Source: Actinomycetota bacterium (GTDB taxonomy: Bacteria; Actinomycetota; UBA4738; CALAEC01). From it: a stretch of 64,000 bases of DNA. This document shows positions 54,719 to 64,000 of the stretch, one piece after another. Below the pieces are notes generated by a model. The model ran no database searches and was not told the DNA's origin. It saw only the letters and a program-made list of their open reading frames with translations. The first letter of the stretch is position 1. The number at the start of each line of letters is the position of its first letter. The position numbers and the translations under genes were made by a program. Location: positions 1,631 to 65,630 of the forward strand of contig JBOGVU010000002.1 of NCBI GenBank assembly GCA_050692915.1, read 5' to 3'.

Positions 54719-56074
54719 ATGGCCCGCCGGCTCCTGGAGTGGCTGGACGACCGGCTGGGTGCCGCCTCGTTCGCCCGCCGGGCACTCCGCAAGGCGTTCC
54801 CCGATCACTGGTCGTTCATGCTCGGCGAGATCGCGCTGTACTGCTTTCTGATCCTCGTCGTCACCGGCACGTTCCTGACGTTCTTCTTCGTGGCCTCTGG
54901 ACGCGAGGTCGTGTACGAGGGGCCGTACGAGCCGCTCCACGGAACGCGGGTCTCGGCCGCGTACGAGTCGGTGCTGCGGCTGTCGTTCGAGGTCCGAGCC
55001 GGCCTGGTGATGCGCCAGCTCCACCACTGGGCCGCGGTGGTCATGCTCGCCGCCGTGGTCGTCCACGTCCTCCGGGTGTTCTTCACGGGGGCGTTCCGTC
55101 GGCCCCGGGAGATCAACTGGATCGTCGGCGTGTCCCTGCTGCTGCTGGCCATGGGGGCAGGGTTCACCGGGTACTCGCTCCCCGACGACCTGCTCTCCGG
55201 GACCGGGTTGCGGATCGCGTACTCGGTCCTACTGTCGATCCCGTTCGTGGGGACGTGGGCCGCCTTCCTGGTGTTCGGCGGGGAGTTCCCGACGATGGAG
55301 ATGATCGGGCGCCTGCATGTCCTCCACATCATGATCATCCCGGCCCTGATCGCCGGCGCCCTGGCTGTGCACCTCGGGCTGGTGTGGCACCAGAAGCACA
55401 CGCAGTTCCCGGCCCCGGGTCGGACCGAGCGGAACGTGGTGGGCTCGCCTCTGTGGCCCTCGTACACGTTCAAGGGCGCCGGCCTGGCCTTCGTAGTGTT
55501 TGGCGTCTTGGCCGCCATGGGTGGCCTCCTCCAGATCAACCCGGTGTGGCTGTACGGCCCGTTCGACCCATCGGTTGTGTCCTCGCCGGCACAGCCGGAC
55601 TGGTACCTCGGGTGGCTGGAAGGCGCCCTTCGACTGCTCCCGGCATGGGACGTGGAGCTGTTCGGCCACCTGATCCCCGAGCTGTTCTGGGCCGGCGTGG
55701 TCCTGCCCGGCGTGTTCTTCAGCACGATGATCCTGTGGCCGTGGATCGAGCGGCGCATCACCGGTGACTCGGCCGAGCACCACCTCCTCGATCGGCCCAG
55801 CGACGCCCCCGTGCGGAGCGGGATCGGCGCCGGGGTGCTGACGTTCGCGGTGATCCTGACGCTGGCCGGCTCGAACGACGTCATTGGGCCTTTCCTGGGC
55901 ATCCCGGTGGAGGACGTCACGAGGGCGCTCCGCGTCCTCGTCCTCGTGCTCCCGCCGGTGCTCGGGTACCTGACGTACCGGGCCTGTCGCTCGCTGGCCA
56001 CATGGGGTGAGCCGCGTCGGTCGGTGTGGCTCCGGCGGACCCGGACCGGAGGGTTCGAGGAGGTGGAGCGGTGA
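54719..56074 (+). CDS. qcrB: Cytochrome b subunit
   Basis: FPDHWSFMLGEIALY, RQLHHWAA, QPDWY. Confidence 0.95.
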   Translation: MARRLLEWLDDRLGAASFARRALRKAFPDHWSFMLGEIALYCFLILVVTGTFLTFFFVASGREVVYEGPYEPLHGTRVSAAYESVLRLSFEVRAGLVMRQLHHWAAVVMLAAVVVHVLRVFFTGAFRRPREINWIVGVSLLLLAMGAGFTGYSLPDDLLSGTGLRIAYSVLLSIPFVGTWAAFLVFGGEFPTMEMIGRLHVLHIMIIPALIAGALAVHLGLVWHQKHTQFPAPGRTERNVVGSPLWPSYTFKGAGLAFVVFGVLAAMGGLLQINPVWLYGPFDPSVVSSPAQPDWYLGWLEGALRLLPAWDVELFGHLIPELFWAGVVLPGVFFSTMILWPWIERRITGDSAEHHLLDRPSDAPVRSGIGAGVLTFAVILTLAGSNDVIGPFLGIPVEDVTRALRVLVLVLPPVLGYLTYRACRSLATWGEPRRSVWLRRTRTGGFEEVER

Positions 56075-56823
56075 CGGGTCCGACCCTGGCGGTAGCGGCC
56101 CTACTGTACCTCCTGGGGGTCCGCCGATACGACGGGGCCCACCCCGGACGACCCTTCCCCCGGCGCTGGGCGGTGGCGTTCCTGGCAGGGATGGCCGCGC
56201 TCGCGGCGGTCCTGCTCGGCCCGGTCGATCGCCTGGCCGGAACCCGGTTCGTGTGGCACATGGTTCAGCACCTCGCGGTGACGATGGTGGCCGCCCCGCT
56301 ACTCCTGCTGGGCCGCCCGATGAGCCTGGCCCGCCGGGTCGCCGGGCCGGGGGCCCGGCGGGCGATCCTCCCCGTGCTTCAGGGGGTCGGCCGGCTGGGG
56401 CATCCGGCCTTTGCATGGTCGGCGTTCGCGGCCGTCCTGTGGGCCTCGCATTTCACGTTCCTGTACCAGGGCGCGCTCGAGTCGGCCGCGCTCCATGCCC
56501 TCGAGCACGCCCTGTACCTCGGGGCGAGCCTGCTCTTCTGGCTCCCGGTGGTCGACGCCGAGCCGTCCCGGCACCGCCTGGGGCCCCCGGCACGGATCCT
56601 CTACCTGTTCCTGGCCGGGGCCGCCAGCGCGCTGCTGGCCTCGACGCTGGTCCAGTCGGGCCGGGTCCTGTATCCCGCCTACGCGGGACCCGGCGCGCTG
56701 GCGGACCAGCAGGCCGCCGGGGCTGTGATGTGGATCGCCGGTGGCCTCCTGTTCCTGATCGCAGCCCTCCTGGTGGCGTGGGGATGGGCCACGTCCGAGC
56801 GGCGGTCCCTCGCCGAGCCGTAG
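56071..56823 (+). CDS. ctaG: Cytochrome c oxidase assembly protein (caa3-type CtaG)
   Basis: HMVQHL..AAPLLLLG, WASH, EH.LYL, DQQAAGAVMW. Confidence 0.85.
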   Translation: MTGPTLAVAALLYLLGVRRYDGAHPGRPFPRRWAVAFLAGMAALAAVLLGPVDRLAGTRFVWHMVQHLAVTMVAAPLLLLGRPMSLARRVAGPGARRAILPVLQGVGRLGHPAFAWSAFAAVLWASHFTFLYQGALESAALHALEHALYLGASLLFWLPVVDAEPSRHRLGPPARILYLFLAGAASALLASTLVQSGRVLYPAYAGPGALADQQAAGAVMWIAGGLLFLIAALLVAWGWATSERRSLAEP

Positions 56824-56855
56824 GCGGCCGCCTGATCCACCTGGACGTGGACGGC

Positions 56856-57230
56856 TCACTCCCGGGCCAGGCCCACCAGGGTCACCAGAAACACGGCGCC
56901 GGCGGGTAGCAGCAGCCACACTCCGTAAGCCAGCCCAGCAGCCACCAGGAGCGACCCGCCGCCCAGCGCGATCGGCCAGACCGATGCCGGCACCACCGGG
57001 CCGAGGACCGAGGCATCCGGTGCGCTGGGATCGGCGTCGGGGCGGTCCTCGGGCGGTCGGCTGGGTCCGGACGATACCGATGCGGCGTACGCGGCCATGA
57101 GCCCGGGGGCCAGGATCATCGAGACCAGGAGCGCCGTCCCGGTCGGCTCGTGGGCGACGAGCCAGTAGAGCCCCGAGATCACCAGTGCGAAGGCTGCCGA
57201 CCCCAGGAACACCTTCGCGCCCGTCCTCAT
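56856..57230 (-). CDS. ctaF: Cytochrome c oxidase subunit IV
   Basis: Y....[14 protein letters not shown]; coupled to ctaD. Confidence 0.8.
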   Translation of the reverse strand: MRTGAKVFLGSAAFALVISGLYWLVAHEPTGTALLVSMILAPGLMAAYAASVSSGPSRPPEDRPDADPSAPDASVLGPVVPASVWPIALGGGSLLVAAGLAYGVWLLLPAGAVFLVTLVGLARE

Positions 57231-58852
57231 GGGCCATTCGCCTTGGGGTGCCGGAGGTCGAACGCGGGCCGCTCCGACCGGATCGCGGCCAGCCCCTCGA
57301 AGTTGTGCTCCGGCGGCGGCGAGGAGGTGGTCCACTCCAGCGAGTTCCCGCCCCAGGGATCGTCCCCGGCCTGCTCGCGGCGCTGGCGGGACCGCGCCAC
57401 GTTGGCCAGGAACGCCACCACCGACAGAGCCAGGAGCCCAGCACCAGCCGTGGCCAGGACGTTCAGCCCGGTCCAGCCGTCCGTGGGCAGGTAGTCGGCC
57501 ACCCGCCGGGGCATCCCCCGGAGCCCCAGGAGATGGAGCGGGAAGAACGTGAGGTTGAACCCCACGAACATCGTCCAGAACGTCACCTTCCCCAGGCCCT
57601 CGCCGAGGCGCCAGCCGGTGAACTTCGGCCACCAGAAGTGGATCGCGGCGAAGATGGCGAATACGCTCCCCCCCATGATCGTGTAGTGGAAGTGGGCCAC
57701 CACGAACTGCGTGTCCTGGACGTGGAAGTCGAGCGGCGGGCTGGCCACCATGACGCCGGTGATCCCCCCGAGGAGGAAGTTCAGCAGGAACCCGAGGGCG
57801 AACAGCATAGGGGTGGGGAACGTGAGATGGCCTCGCCACATCGTGCCGATCCAGTTGAAGAACTTGATCCCGGTGGGCACCGCGATCAGGAACGACATCG
57901 CGGCGAAGAACGGGTTCGACACCGCTCCGGTGGTGAACATGTGGTGGGCCCACACCCCCATCGACAGGCCGGCGATGGCCAGGGTGGCCAGGACCAGGCC
58001 GACGTAGCCGAACAGGGGCTTTCGGCTGAACACCGGCACGATCTCGCTGATCACTCCGAAGAACGGCAGGATCATGATGTAGACCTCGGGGTGCCCGAGG
58101 AACCAGAACAGGTGCTGGTAGAGGACCGGGCTGCCGCCGGCGGCCGGGTCGAAGAACACGCCGCCGAGGCGCCGGTCCACGATCAGCATCGTGAACGCCG
58201 TGGCCAAGGGGGGGAACGACACCAGGATCAGGAGGGAGTTCACCAGGACGGTCCAGGTGAACAGGGGGAGCCGCCACATCGTCATCCCCGGCGCCCTGAA
58301 CAGGAGCGTCGTCGTCAGGAAGTTGATCCCGCCCATGATGCTCGAGGCGCTGGTGAGCAGGAGTCCCACCAGCCACAGATCGAGGCCGGGGCCGGATGCG
58401 TACCGCGCCTCAGACAGCGGCGCGTACGCCGTCCACCCCGCATCCGCCGCCCCCGTACCCGTGCCGAAGCCCGCAAACACCAGGAGTCCGCCGGCCAGGA
58501 ACAGCCAGTAGGACAGCGCGTTCAGCCTGGGGAACGCCATGTCGGGCGCCCCGATCTGGAGGGGGAGGAGGTAGTTGGCCAGCCCGATCCCGAACGGGGC
58601 CACGAACAGGAAGATCATGGCCGTCCCGTGGATGGTGAACAGCTCGTTGTAGGTGTCGACCCCCACGACCTGGAGCCCCGGCGCGGCCAGCTCGGCCCGC
58701 ATCGCCAGGGAGAACAGGCCCGCGATCAGGAAGAACGCGAACGTGGTGACCATGTACAGGATCCCGATCCGCTTGTGGTCCGTGGTGGTGAGCCAGTCCA
58801 CGCCGCCGGGGGATGGAGGCTGCCGCTCGGCCCGCTCGACGACGGTGGTCAT
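57227..58852 (-). CDS. ctaD: Cytochrome c oxidase subunit I (A-type)
   Basis: [30 protein letters not shown]. Confidence 0.97.
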   Translation of the reverse strand: MTTVVERAERQPPSPGGVDWLTTTDHKRIGILYMVTTFAFFLIAGLFSLAMRAELAAPGLQVVGVDTYNELFTIHGTAMIFLFVAPFGIGLANYLLPLQIGAPDMAFPRLNALSYWLFLAGGLLVFAGFGTGTGAADAGWTAYAPLSEARYASGPGLDLWLVGLLLTSASSIMGGINFLTTTLLFRAPGMTMWRLPLFTWTVLVNSLLILVSFPPLATAFTMLIVDRRLGGVFFDPAAGGSPVLYQHLFWFLGHPEVYIMILPFFGVISEIVPVFSRKPLFGYVGLVLATLAIAGLSMGVWAHHMFTTGAVSNPFFAAMSFLIAVPTGIKFFNWIGTMWRGHLTFPTPMLFALGFLLNFLLGGITGVMVASPPLDFHVQDTQFVVAHFHYTIMGGSVFAIFAAIHFWWPKFTGWRLGEGLGKVTFWTMFVGFNLTFFPLHLLGLRGMPRRVADYLPTDGWTGLNVLATAGAGLLALSVVAFLANVARSRQRREQAGDDPWGGNSLEWTTSSPPPEHNFEGLAAIRSERPAFDLRHPKANGP

Positions 58853-59577
58853 GTCGACTGTCGCTGGAGCCAGGCCTCGAACTCGGCCTCCGGCACGGCC
58901 CGGATCGTGAACCGCATCCGCCAGTGATCCAAGCCGCAGAACTCCGCGCACCGACCCTGGTACGTTCCGGGTCGGTCGATGGTCAGGTCGAACCCCGTGG
59001 TGCGCCCGGGGATGGCGTCCCGCTTGAACAGGAAGTCCGGCACGAAGAAGGAGTGGATCACGTCGGGCGAGCTCAGCAGGATCCGGACCGGCCGGCCCAC
59101 CGGGAGGACGGCCTCGGGCGGGTCCTCGGCCGTGCCAAAGACTGCTGCCCCGGTCTCGTACGTGAACCGCCACGACCAGTTGAATGCCTCCACCCGGACC
59201 GTGGCCGCGGGTTCGGCGTCGAGGTCCTCGACCCTGGTCTCGACCCGGTAGGTGAGCAGGAACAGGCCGAGCACGATGAGGACGGGGAGCATCGTGTAGG
59301 CGATCTCCAGCCCGAGGTGCTCCCGGAACTGCGGGGGCATGTTGTCGTCGCCGGGCCGGCGACGGTACCGGATCGTCGCCCAGAGGATGAGCCCGGACAC
59401 GACGGCGGTGACCCCGAGGCCCGCCCATAGGAATACCCTCCACAAGCCCTCGATCTCCCGGCCCTGACTGGTGGCCGCTCCCAGGCCCCCGCAGGAGGCC
59501 GCCAGCAGGAGGAGCGGCGAGGCCTGAAGGATCCGTCGCACGGGCCCAGTGTGGCCCCCGGGCCGGGCCGTCCTCAA
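58849..59577 (-). CDS. ctaC: Cytochrome c oxidase subunit II
   Basis: [21 protein letters not shown] CuA motif; lipobox. Confidence 0.95.
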   Translation of the reverse strand: MRTARPGGHTGPVRRILQASPLLLLAASCGGLGAATSQGREIEGLWRVFLWAGLGVTAVVSGLILWATIRYRRRPGDDNMPPQFREHLGLEIAYTMLPVLIVLGLFLLTYRVETRVEDLDAEPAATVRVEAFNWSWRFTYETGAAVFGTAEDPPEAVLPVGRPVRILLSSPDVIHSFFVPDFLFKRDAIPGRTTGFDLTIDRPGTYQGRCAEFCGLDHWRMRFTIRAVPEAEFEAWLQRQST

Positions 59578-59815
59578 GTCGGGGTCGTCAAGAGGCCTCT
59601 GGCTGGGTAACTCTGTACGGCCGTGAACAAGATGGGGACCGAGGCACCGGATGCGTCACCGGCGATAGGCGCCAATCACCTAATCCACGGGGTCTTGGGA
59701 GAAGCCAAGGGACCCTCCGATCGAGGGGAGAGCAGCGTTCACGATCGAGTAGTCACACGCGAGCACACACGACCTGAGCGGTCGCGAGCAAGGCACTATC
59801 GGTCGACCCAGGAGT

Positions 59816-60868
59816 CTATCGAGGGTCCGATCGGATATCGACGACGACCTTCACGTCGTCGGGCTGGCGAGTGAGGGCCTCCTCCCATCGCTCGAGGGGG
59901 ACGCGACGGGTGATGATCCGTTTGAGCCAGCGTCGGTCGGCCTGCGAGAGGGCCCGGCCCGCGGCCTGGTAGTGTCGCCTTCCGGCATTGACGGAGCCGA
60001 ACAGGGCGATGTTCTCCAGGACCAGTTCCTTGTTGAGGGCGTCGGCCTCCACCGGGTACCTCCGGTCGCTCCCGGAGAGGCCGGCCAAGGCGACCACCGC
60101 ATTGGGGGCCACGTGGCGAAGGGCGTGGAAGGCCAGCTCTCCTACCCCGGTGCATTCAATGACCACGTCCACATCGTGGTCGAGCCGGTCGATGTCGGTG
60201 TGGTAGGTGGCACCGAGCTCCCTGACGAGCTCGGGTTTCGGGCCCTCGGTCGCCCGGTCCAGCACGTGGGTCTCCAGGCCGCGCTGGACGGCGATCATGG
60301 CCGCCAGGAGCCCCACGGGTCCGGCGCCGGTGACTAATGCGCGACGGAGGTCCGCCTCCGCCCGGGACGCGATGCGGTCGACGTGGTCCCAGCATTTGGC
60401 CACGACACTGGTCGGCTCGAGAAGCACGGCTTCGTCTCCGAGGGAAGGGTCGACCCTAACCAGGTGGTGGGCGCGGAGACGGTAGCGCTCCCGCATGAAG
60501 CCGTCTCGCTCCTTGATGCCGTGCTCGGTGTAGCGGCCGTTCCGGCACATGTCCCACTCCCCGGCAGCGCAGTTCACGCAAGGGTCCGGATCCGGATGCC
60601 GGACGAAGCCCACAACCGGGTCGCCGGGGGAGAGGGCGGCGTCCGCAGGAGCCTCGAGGACCCGGCCCAGCGACTCATGGCCTAGGACCAGCCGATCGCG
60701 CCCGGGCGGAGGCCAGCCGTAGTCACCGGCGACGATCTCTTCGTCGGTCCCGCACACCCCGACGGCCACGGCCTCGACGAGGACCGGTCCATCCTCATAG
60801 GGCGGCTCGGGGACGTCCATGAGAGAGGCGCTCGTCGGCCTCTTCGGGATGACCGTGACGCCCTTCAC
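59816..60868 (-). CDS. Zn-dependent glucose 1-dehydrogenase (MDR family)
   Basis: GVCGTD, LGHESLG, LLEPTSVV, GAGPVG, FGSVNA. Confidence 0.85.
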   Translation of the reverse strand: MKGVTVIPKRPTSASLMDVPEPPYEDGPVLVEAVAVGVCGTDEEIVAGDYGWPPPGRDRLVLGHESLGRVLEAPADAALSPGDPVVGFVRHPDPDPCVNCAAGEWDMCRNGRYTEHGIKERDGFMRERYRLRAHHLVRVDPSLGDEAVLLEPTSVVAKCWDHVDRIASRAEADLRRALVTGAGPVGLLAAMIAVQRGLETHVLDRATEGPKPELVRELGATYHTDIDRLDHDVDVVIECTGVGELAFHALRHVAPNAVVALAGLSGSDRRYPVEADALNKELVLENIALFGSVNAGRRHYQAAGRALSQADRRWLKRIITRRVPLERWEEALTRQPDDVKVVVDIRSDPR

Positions 60869-60945
60869 AGTCTGCGGGCCACCACATCGTCAGCATACGC
60901 TCGGGGTCGTCGCTGGTCGTCCCCTCCAGTGGGAGAATCGGTCCG

Positions 60946-62760
60946 GTGACGCTTCGAATAGAGGACTATGCGCTGATCGGGGACCTGCAGACGGCGGCGT
61001 TGGTGGGTCGCGACGGGTCGATCGACTGGCTGTGCCTCCCGCGGTTCGACTCCGGGGCGTGCTTTGCCGCCCTGCTCGGGGCGTCTCAGCACGGGCGTTG
61101 GCTCCTCGCTCCGTCCGGGGAGATCCGGCGCTCCTCCCGGCGCTACCGGAGCGACTCCCTCGTGCTCGAGACGGAGTTCGAGACTGAGGACGGGAGGGTC
61201 TCGGTCGTTGACTGCATGCCCCCCCGAGCCCACGACCCCAGCCTGGTGCGGGTGGTCCACGGCCTCGGCGGGCGTGTGTCGATGGGCATGGAACTGGTGA
61301 TCAGGTTCGACTACGGCTCGGTCGTGCCGTGGGTCCGTCGCCTCGGTGGAGGTCTGTGGGCCGTCGCCGGGCCCGATGCCCTCTTCCTCCAGTCGGATGT
61401 CGAGGTATCTGGGCGGGACCTCACGACGGTGTCCGACTTCGCCGTGACTGCCGGCGAACGCCGTTCCTTCGTGCTGACCTGGAGAGCGTCGCACCGGCGC
61501 CCTCCACGGGTGCTGGATGCAGGGCGCGCCGTGAACGACACGGAGGAGTGGTGGCGCAGATGGTCGGAGCGGTGCACCTACCGTGGGCCGTGGCGCGACC
61601 AGGTGGTGCGGTCCCTCATTACTCTCAAGGCCCTGACGTACCAGCCGACGGGCGGCATCGTTGCCGCGGTCACGACCTCGCTCCCTGAGCATCTCGGAGG
61701 CGTGAGGAACTGGGACTATCGGTACTGCTGGATCCGGGATGCGACCTTTACCCTGTACGCCCTTATGTCGGGGGGGTATCGTTCCGAGGCACGGGCCTGG
61801 CGCGACTGGCTCCTTCGGTCCATTGCCGGCCAGCCTGATGAGATGCAGATCCTGTACGGACCCGCAGGTGAGCGTCGTCTCGAGGAGCGGGAGCTGGAAC
61901 GGCTCCCCGGGTACGAAGGTTCGCGGCCTGTCCGTATCGGCAACGCCGCCGAGGGGCAGCTTCAGCTCGACGTGTACGGCGAAGTCATGGACGGCATGCA
62001 CCAGGCCCGCCGCCACCGGATCGGTCCGTCGAGTCCGGGCTGGGACGTCCAGCGCGTGCTGATGGAGTTCCTCGAGTCCAGATGGACCCAGCCGGACGAG
62101 GGGATCTGGGAGATGCGCGGCCGACCGCAGCACTTCACGCACTCCAAGGTGATGGCATGGGTGGGCATGGATCGGGCCGTCAAGGCCGTCGAGCGGTACG
62201 GGCTCGATGGGCCCGTGGATCGCTGGAGGCGCCTCAGGGAGGAGATCCACCAGCAGGTGTGCCGCAACGGCTACGACCCGAACCGAAACACCTTCACACA
62301 GTCCTACGGCTCGCCGAACCTGGACGCCGCCCTGCTGATGATCTCGCTCGTCGGGTTCCTGCCGCCCGAGGACCATCGAGTGCGAGGAACGGTGGAGGCG
62401 ATCCAGCGGGAGCTATCCCGCGACGGTTTCGTGCAGCGCTATTCGACGGAGACGTCCGGGGCGGTGGATGGTCTCCCCGGCAGGGAGGGAGCGTTCCTGC
62501 CGTGCACCTTCTGGCTCGTCGATAACCTGTGCATGCTGGGGCGAAGGGCGGAGGCAGCCGATCTTTTCCGTCGGCTCCTCTCGGTATGCAACGACGTGGG
62601 GTTGCTGTCGGAGGAGTACGATCCCGCAGCGGGCCGCCTGCTTGGGAACTTCCCCCAGGCCTTCACGCACGTCGGGTTGATCAATAGCGCCCTCAATCTC
62701 TCCCCTGCGGGCGGCCCGGCCCACCATCGGTCGGCCGCTGTGGTTCCCTCCGCAGGCTGA
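60946..62760 (+). CDS. Glycoside hydrolase family 15 (trehalase/glucoamylase-like)
   Basis: IEDYALIGD, TTSLPE..GGVRNWDYRYCW, QLDVYGE, DEGIWE, GNFPQAFTH. Confidence 0.93.
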   Translation: MTLRIEDYALIGDLQTAALVGRDGSIDWLCLPRFDSGACFAALLGASQHGRWLLAPSGEIRRSSRRYRSDSLVLETEFETEDGRVSVVDCMPPRAHDPSLVRVVHGLGGRVSMGMELVIRFDYGSVVPWVRRLGGGLWAVAGPDALFLQSDVEVSGRDLTTVSDFAVTAGERRSFVLTWRASHRRPPRVLDAGRAVNDTEEWWRRWSERCTYRGPWRDQVVRSLITLKALTYQPTGGIVAAVTTSLPEHLGGVRNWDYRYCWIRDATFTLYALMSGGYRSEARAWRDWLLRSIAGQPDEMQILYGPAGERRLEERELERLPGYEGSRPVRIGNAAEGQLQLDVYGEVMDGMHQARRHRIGPSSPGWDVQRVLMEFLESRWTQPDEGIWEMRGRPQHFTHSKVMAWVGMDRAVKAVERYGLDGPVDRWRRLREEIHQQVCRNGYDPNRNTFTQSYGSPNLDAALLMISLVGFLPPEDHRVRGTVEAIQRELSRDGFVQRYSTETSGAVDGLPGREGAFLPCTFWLVDNLCMLGRRAEAADLFRRLLSVCNDVGLLSEEYDPAAGRLLGNFPQAFTHVGLINSALNLSPAGGPAHHRSAAVVPSAG

Positions 62761-62843
62761 TAGTCGCCGCGAGGCATCGCTCGCTGTTCTCCCTGCGACT
62801 GCATGCGACTCCCTGCGACTCCCTGGGTTGCGGGCCAGCGCCA

Positions 62844-63395
62844 TTACGCGGATCGTCGCAGCTGGAACGCCACCACCACCTCGGCGAAGCCCCTGAACAT
62901 CGCCGAGAACCCCACCCAGAGCAGGATCAGGTCGGCCCGAGCGGGGAAGAGCCGCTGGGACGCCCAGAAGCCCAGCAGGATCTCCAGGATCCCCACCACC
63001 ACGCCGAGCCACCACAGCTCGCCCTCCTCCTTGGTGGCGACCGAGGCCACCAGGTCGAAGGTGCCCTTGAACACCAGCAGGAACCCGAGGATCGCGGCGA
63101 GCTCCACGAACGTGGCGATCGGCCGGAGGAACGCCCAGATGCCCCCTATCGCGAACACCACCCCAAGGAGGACGTGAGCCCATCCCCACCCCCTGCGCAT
63201 CGACGAGACGAAGAACTCATTGAAGCTCGCGAGCAGGAGGACGATCCCGAGCAGCGTGCCCACCGCCGCGAGGGACGCGAGGTCGAATCGGAGCACGATC
63301 AGAGAGATCAGGAACCACAGGATCCCCGTGACAAGAAGCACCCACCAGGGGCCGGCGAAGGTCCGGAACATGGCTCGGTTCGACGATGCTTTCAC
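62844..63395 (-). CDS. HdeD/DUF308 family membrane protein
   Basis: WWVLLVTGILWFLISL.. repeated helical hairpins. Confidence 0.8.
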   Translation of the reverse strand: MKASSNRAMFRTFAGPWWVLLVTGILWFLISLIVLRFDLASLAAVGTLLGIVLLLASFNEFFVSSMRRGWGWAHVLLGVVFAIGGIWAFLRPIATFVELAAILGFLLVFKGTFDLVASVATKEEGELWWLGVVVGILEILLGFWASQRLFPARADLILLWVGFSAMFRGFAEVVVAFQLRRSA

Positions 63396-63487
63396 GGATC
63401 ACTCCTTTCGCGCGCTAGGCGGGAGGGCCAGGTACTTCCATCGCCGCTAGTGTGAACGAGCGAGTATGAGGAAGGAAGGGGGAGCGG

Positions 63488-64000
63488 ATGTTCGAGATGG
63501 GAACGGCTGCGTGGGCCATCGCGGCGAGGAGCGCCCTCGTCTACCTGGCCGTGTTCGCCGGATTGCGCCTGGCCGGCAAGCGAGAGCTCGGCCAGATGAC
63601 CGTGTTCGACCTGGTCGTTGTCCTGCTGGTCGCGAACGCCGTCCAGAACGCGATGACCGGGCCAGATTTCTCCGTTCAGGGCGGGATCCTGGCTGCGTTC
63701 GTGCTGGTCCTCCTCAACCGGGCCGTCGCCCTCCTTCGCCTGCGGGGAGGGCCGTGGGGACGGTTCATCGAGGGGACGCCCACGGTGCTCGTCGAGGACG
63801 GCGACCTCATCGAGCCGCACCTGCGCCGTGAAGGCCTGGAGCGGGCGGAGCTCGAGATGGTGGTCAGGGAGCATGGAGTGGAATCCCTCGGCGACGTGAA
63901 GCTGGCCGTCCTGGAGACCGACGGATCCATCAGCATCGTGCCGATGGCCTCCCGGGTGGTCCGAACCCGCAAACGCGTCCGTCAGCTCAGGAAGCACTGA
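63488..64000 (+). CDS. DUF421/YetF family membrane protein
   Basis: RLAGKRELGQMTVFDLV, GTPTVLVEDG, VLETDGSISIVP. Confidence 0.9.
   Translation: MFEMGTAAWAIAARSALVYLAVFAGLRLAGKRELGQMTVFDLVVVLLVANAVQNAMTGPDFSVQGGILAAFVLVLLNRAVALLRLRGGPWGRFIEGTPTVLVEDGDLIEPHLRREGLERAELEMVVREHGVESLGDVKLAVLETDGSISIVPMASRVVRTRKRVRQLRKH

Noticed and set aside
62791-62823. Three 10-bp repeats (CCC/GCA)TGCGACT between the GH15 and HdeD genes
   Set aside because: No nearby tRNA core or arm motif and no second occurrence; function unsupported.

Overview
High-GC actinobacterial chromosome segment. It opens with two core-looking genes (a FecR-like protein and a UPF0182 membrane protein), followed by an intact initiator tRNA-fMet at 4036-4109. 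The 3' 43 bp of this tRNA, starting exactly at the anticodon loop, recurs 7 more times as direct repeats (9248, 22089, 25005, 32472, 42000, 43862, 52210). These cores split ~48 kb into seven tandem segments of 1.8-12.8 kb. Six of the seven junctions carry a conserved ~100-bp upstream module: an 11-bp-phased arm-type repeat pair TTGTG(G/T)CT (single copy at 52210), four 10-bp-phased repeats, CAGCGGATATGCC and GACCTGG. The junction at 43862 keeps only part of it. Downstream of each core is a terminator hairpin, usually followed by a second arm pair. This resembles the att-site architecture of tRNA-targeting tyrosine integrases. Only 2 of the 7 segments encode an integrase, and those two have their own, different repeat motifs. 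The other segments are integrase-less cargo cassettes: a metal/redox module, two SARP-kinase-STAND-WD40 regulators with divergent secreted proteins, a beta-helix protein, and a two-component system with a serine hydrolase. Several have truncated genes at their edges. After the last core, another left-end-type motif precedes a complete cytochrome bcc-aa3 locus (ctaE-qcrCAB-ctaG / ctaC-ctaD-ctaF), then glucose dehydrogenase, GH15, HdeD and DUF421 genes. Best candidate for an undescribed system: a tRNA-fMet-anchored, integron-like array of trans-mobilisable cassettes. All family assignments come from motif recognition by eye; no database search was run.
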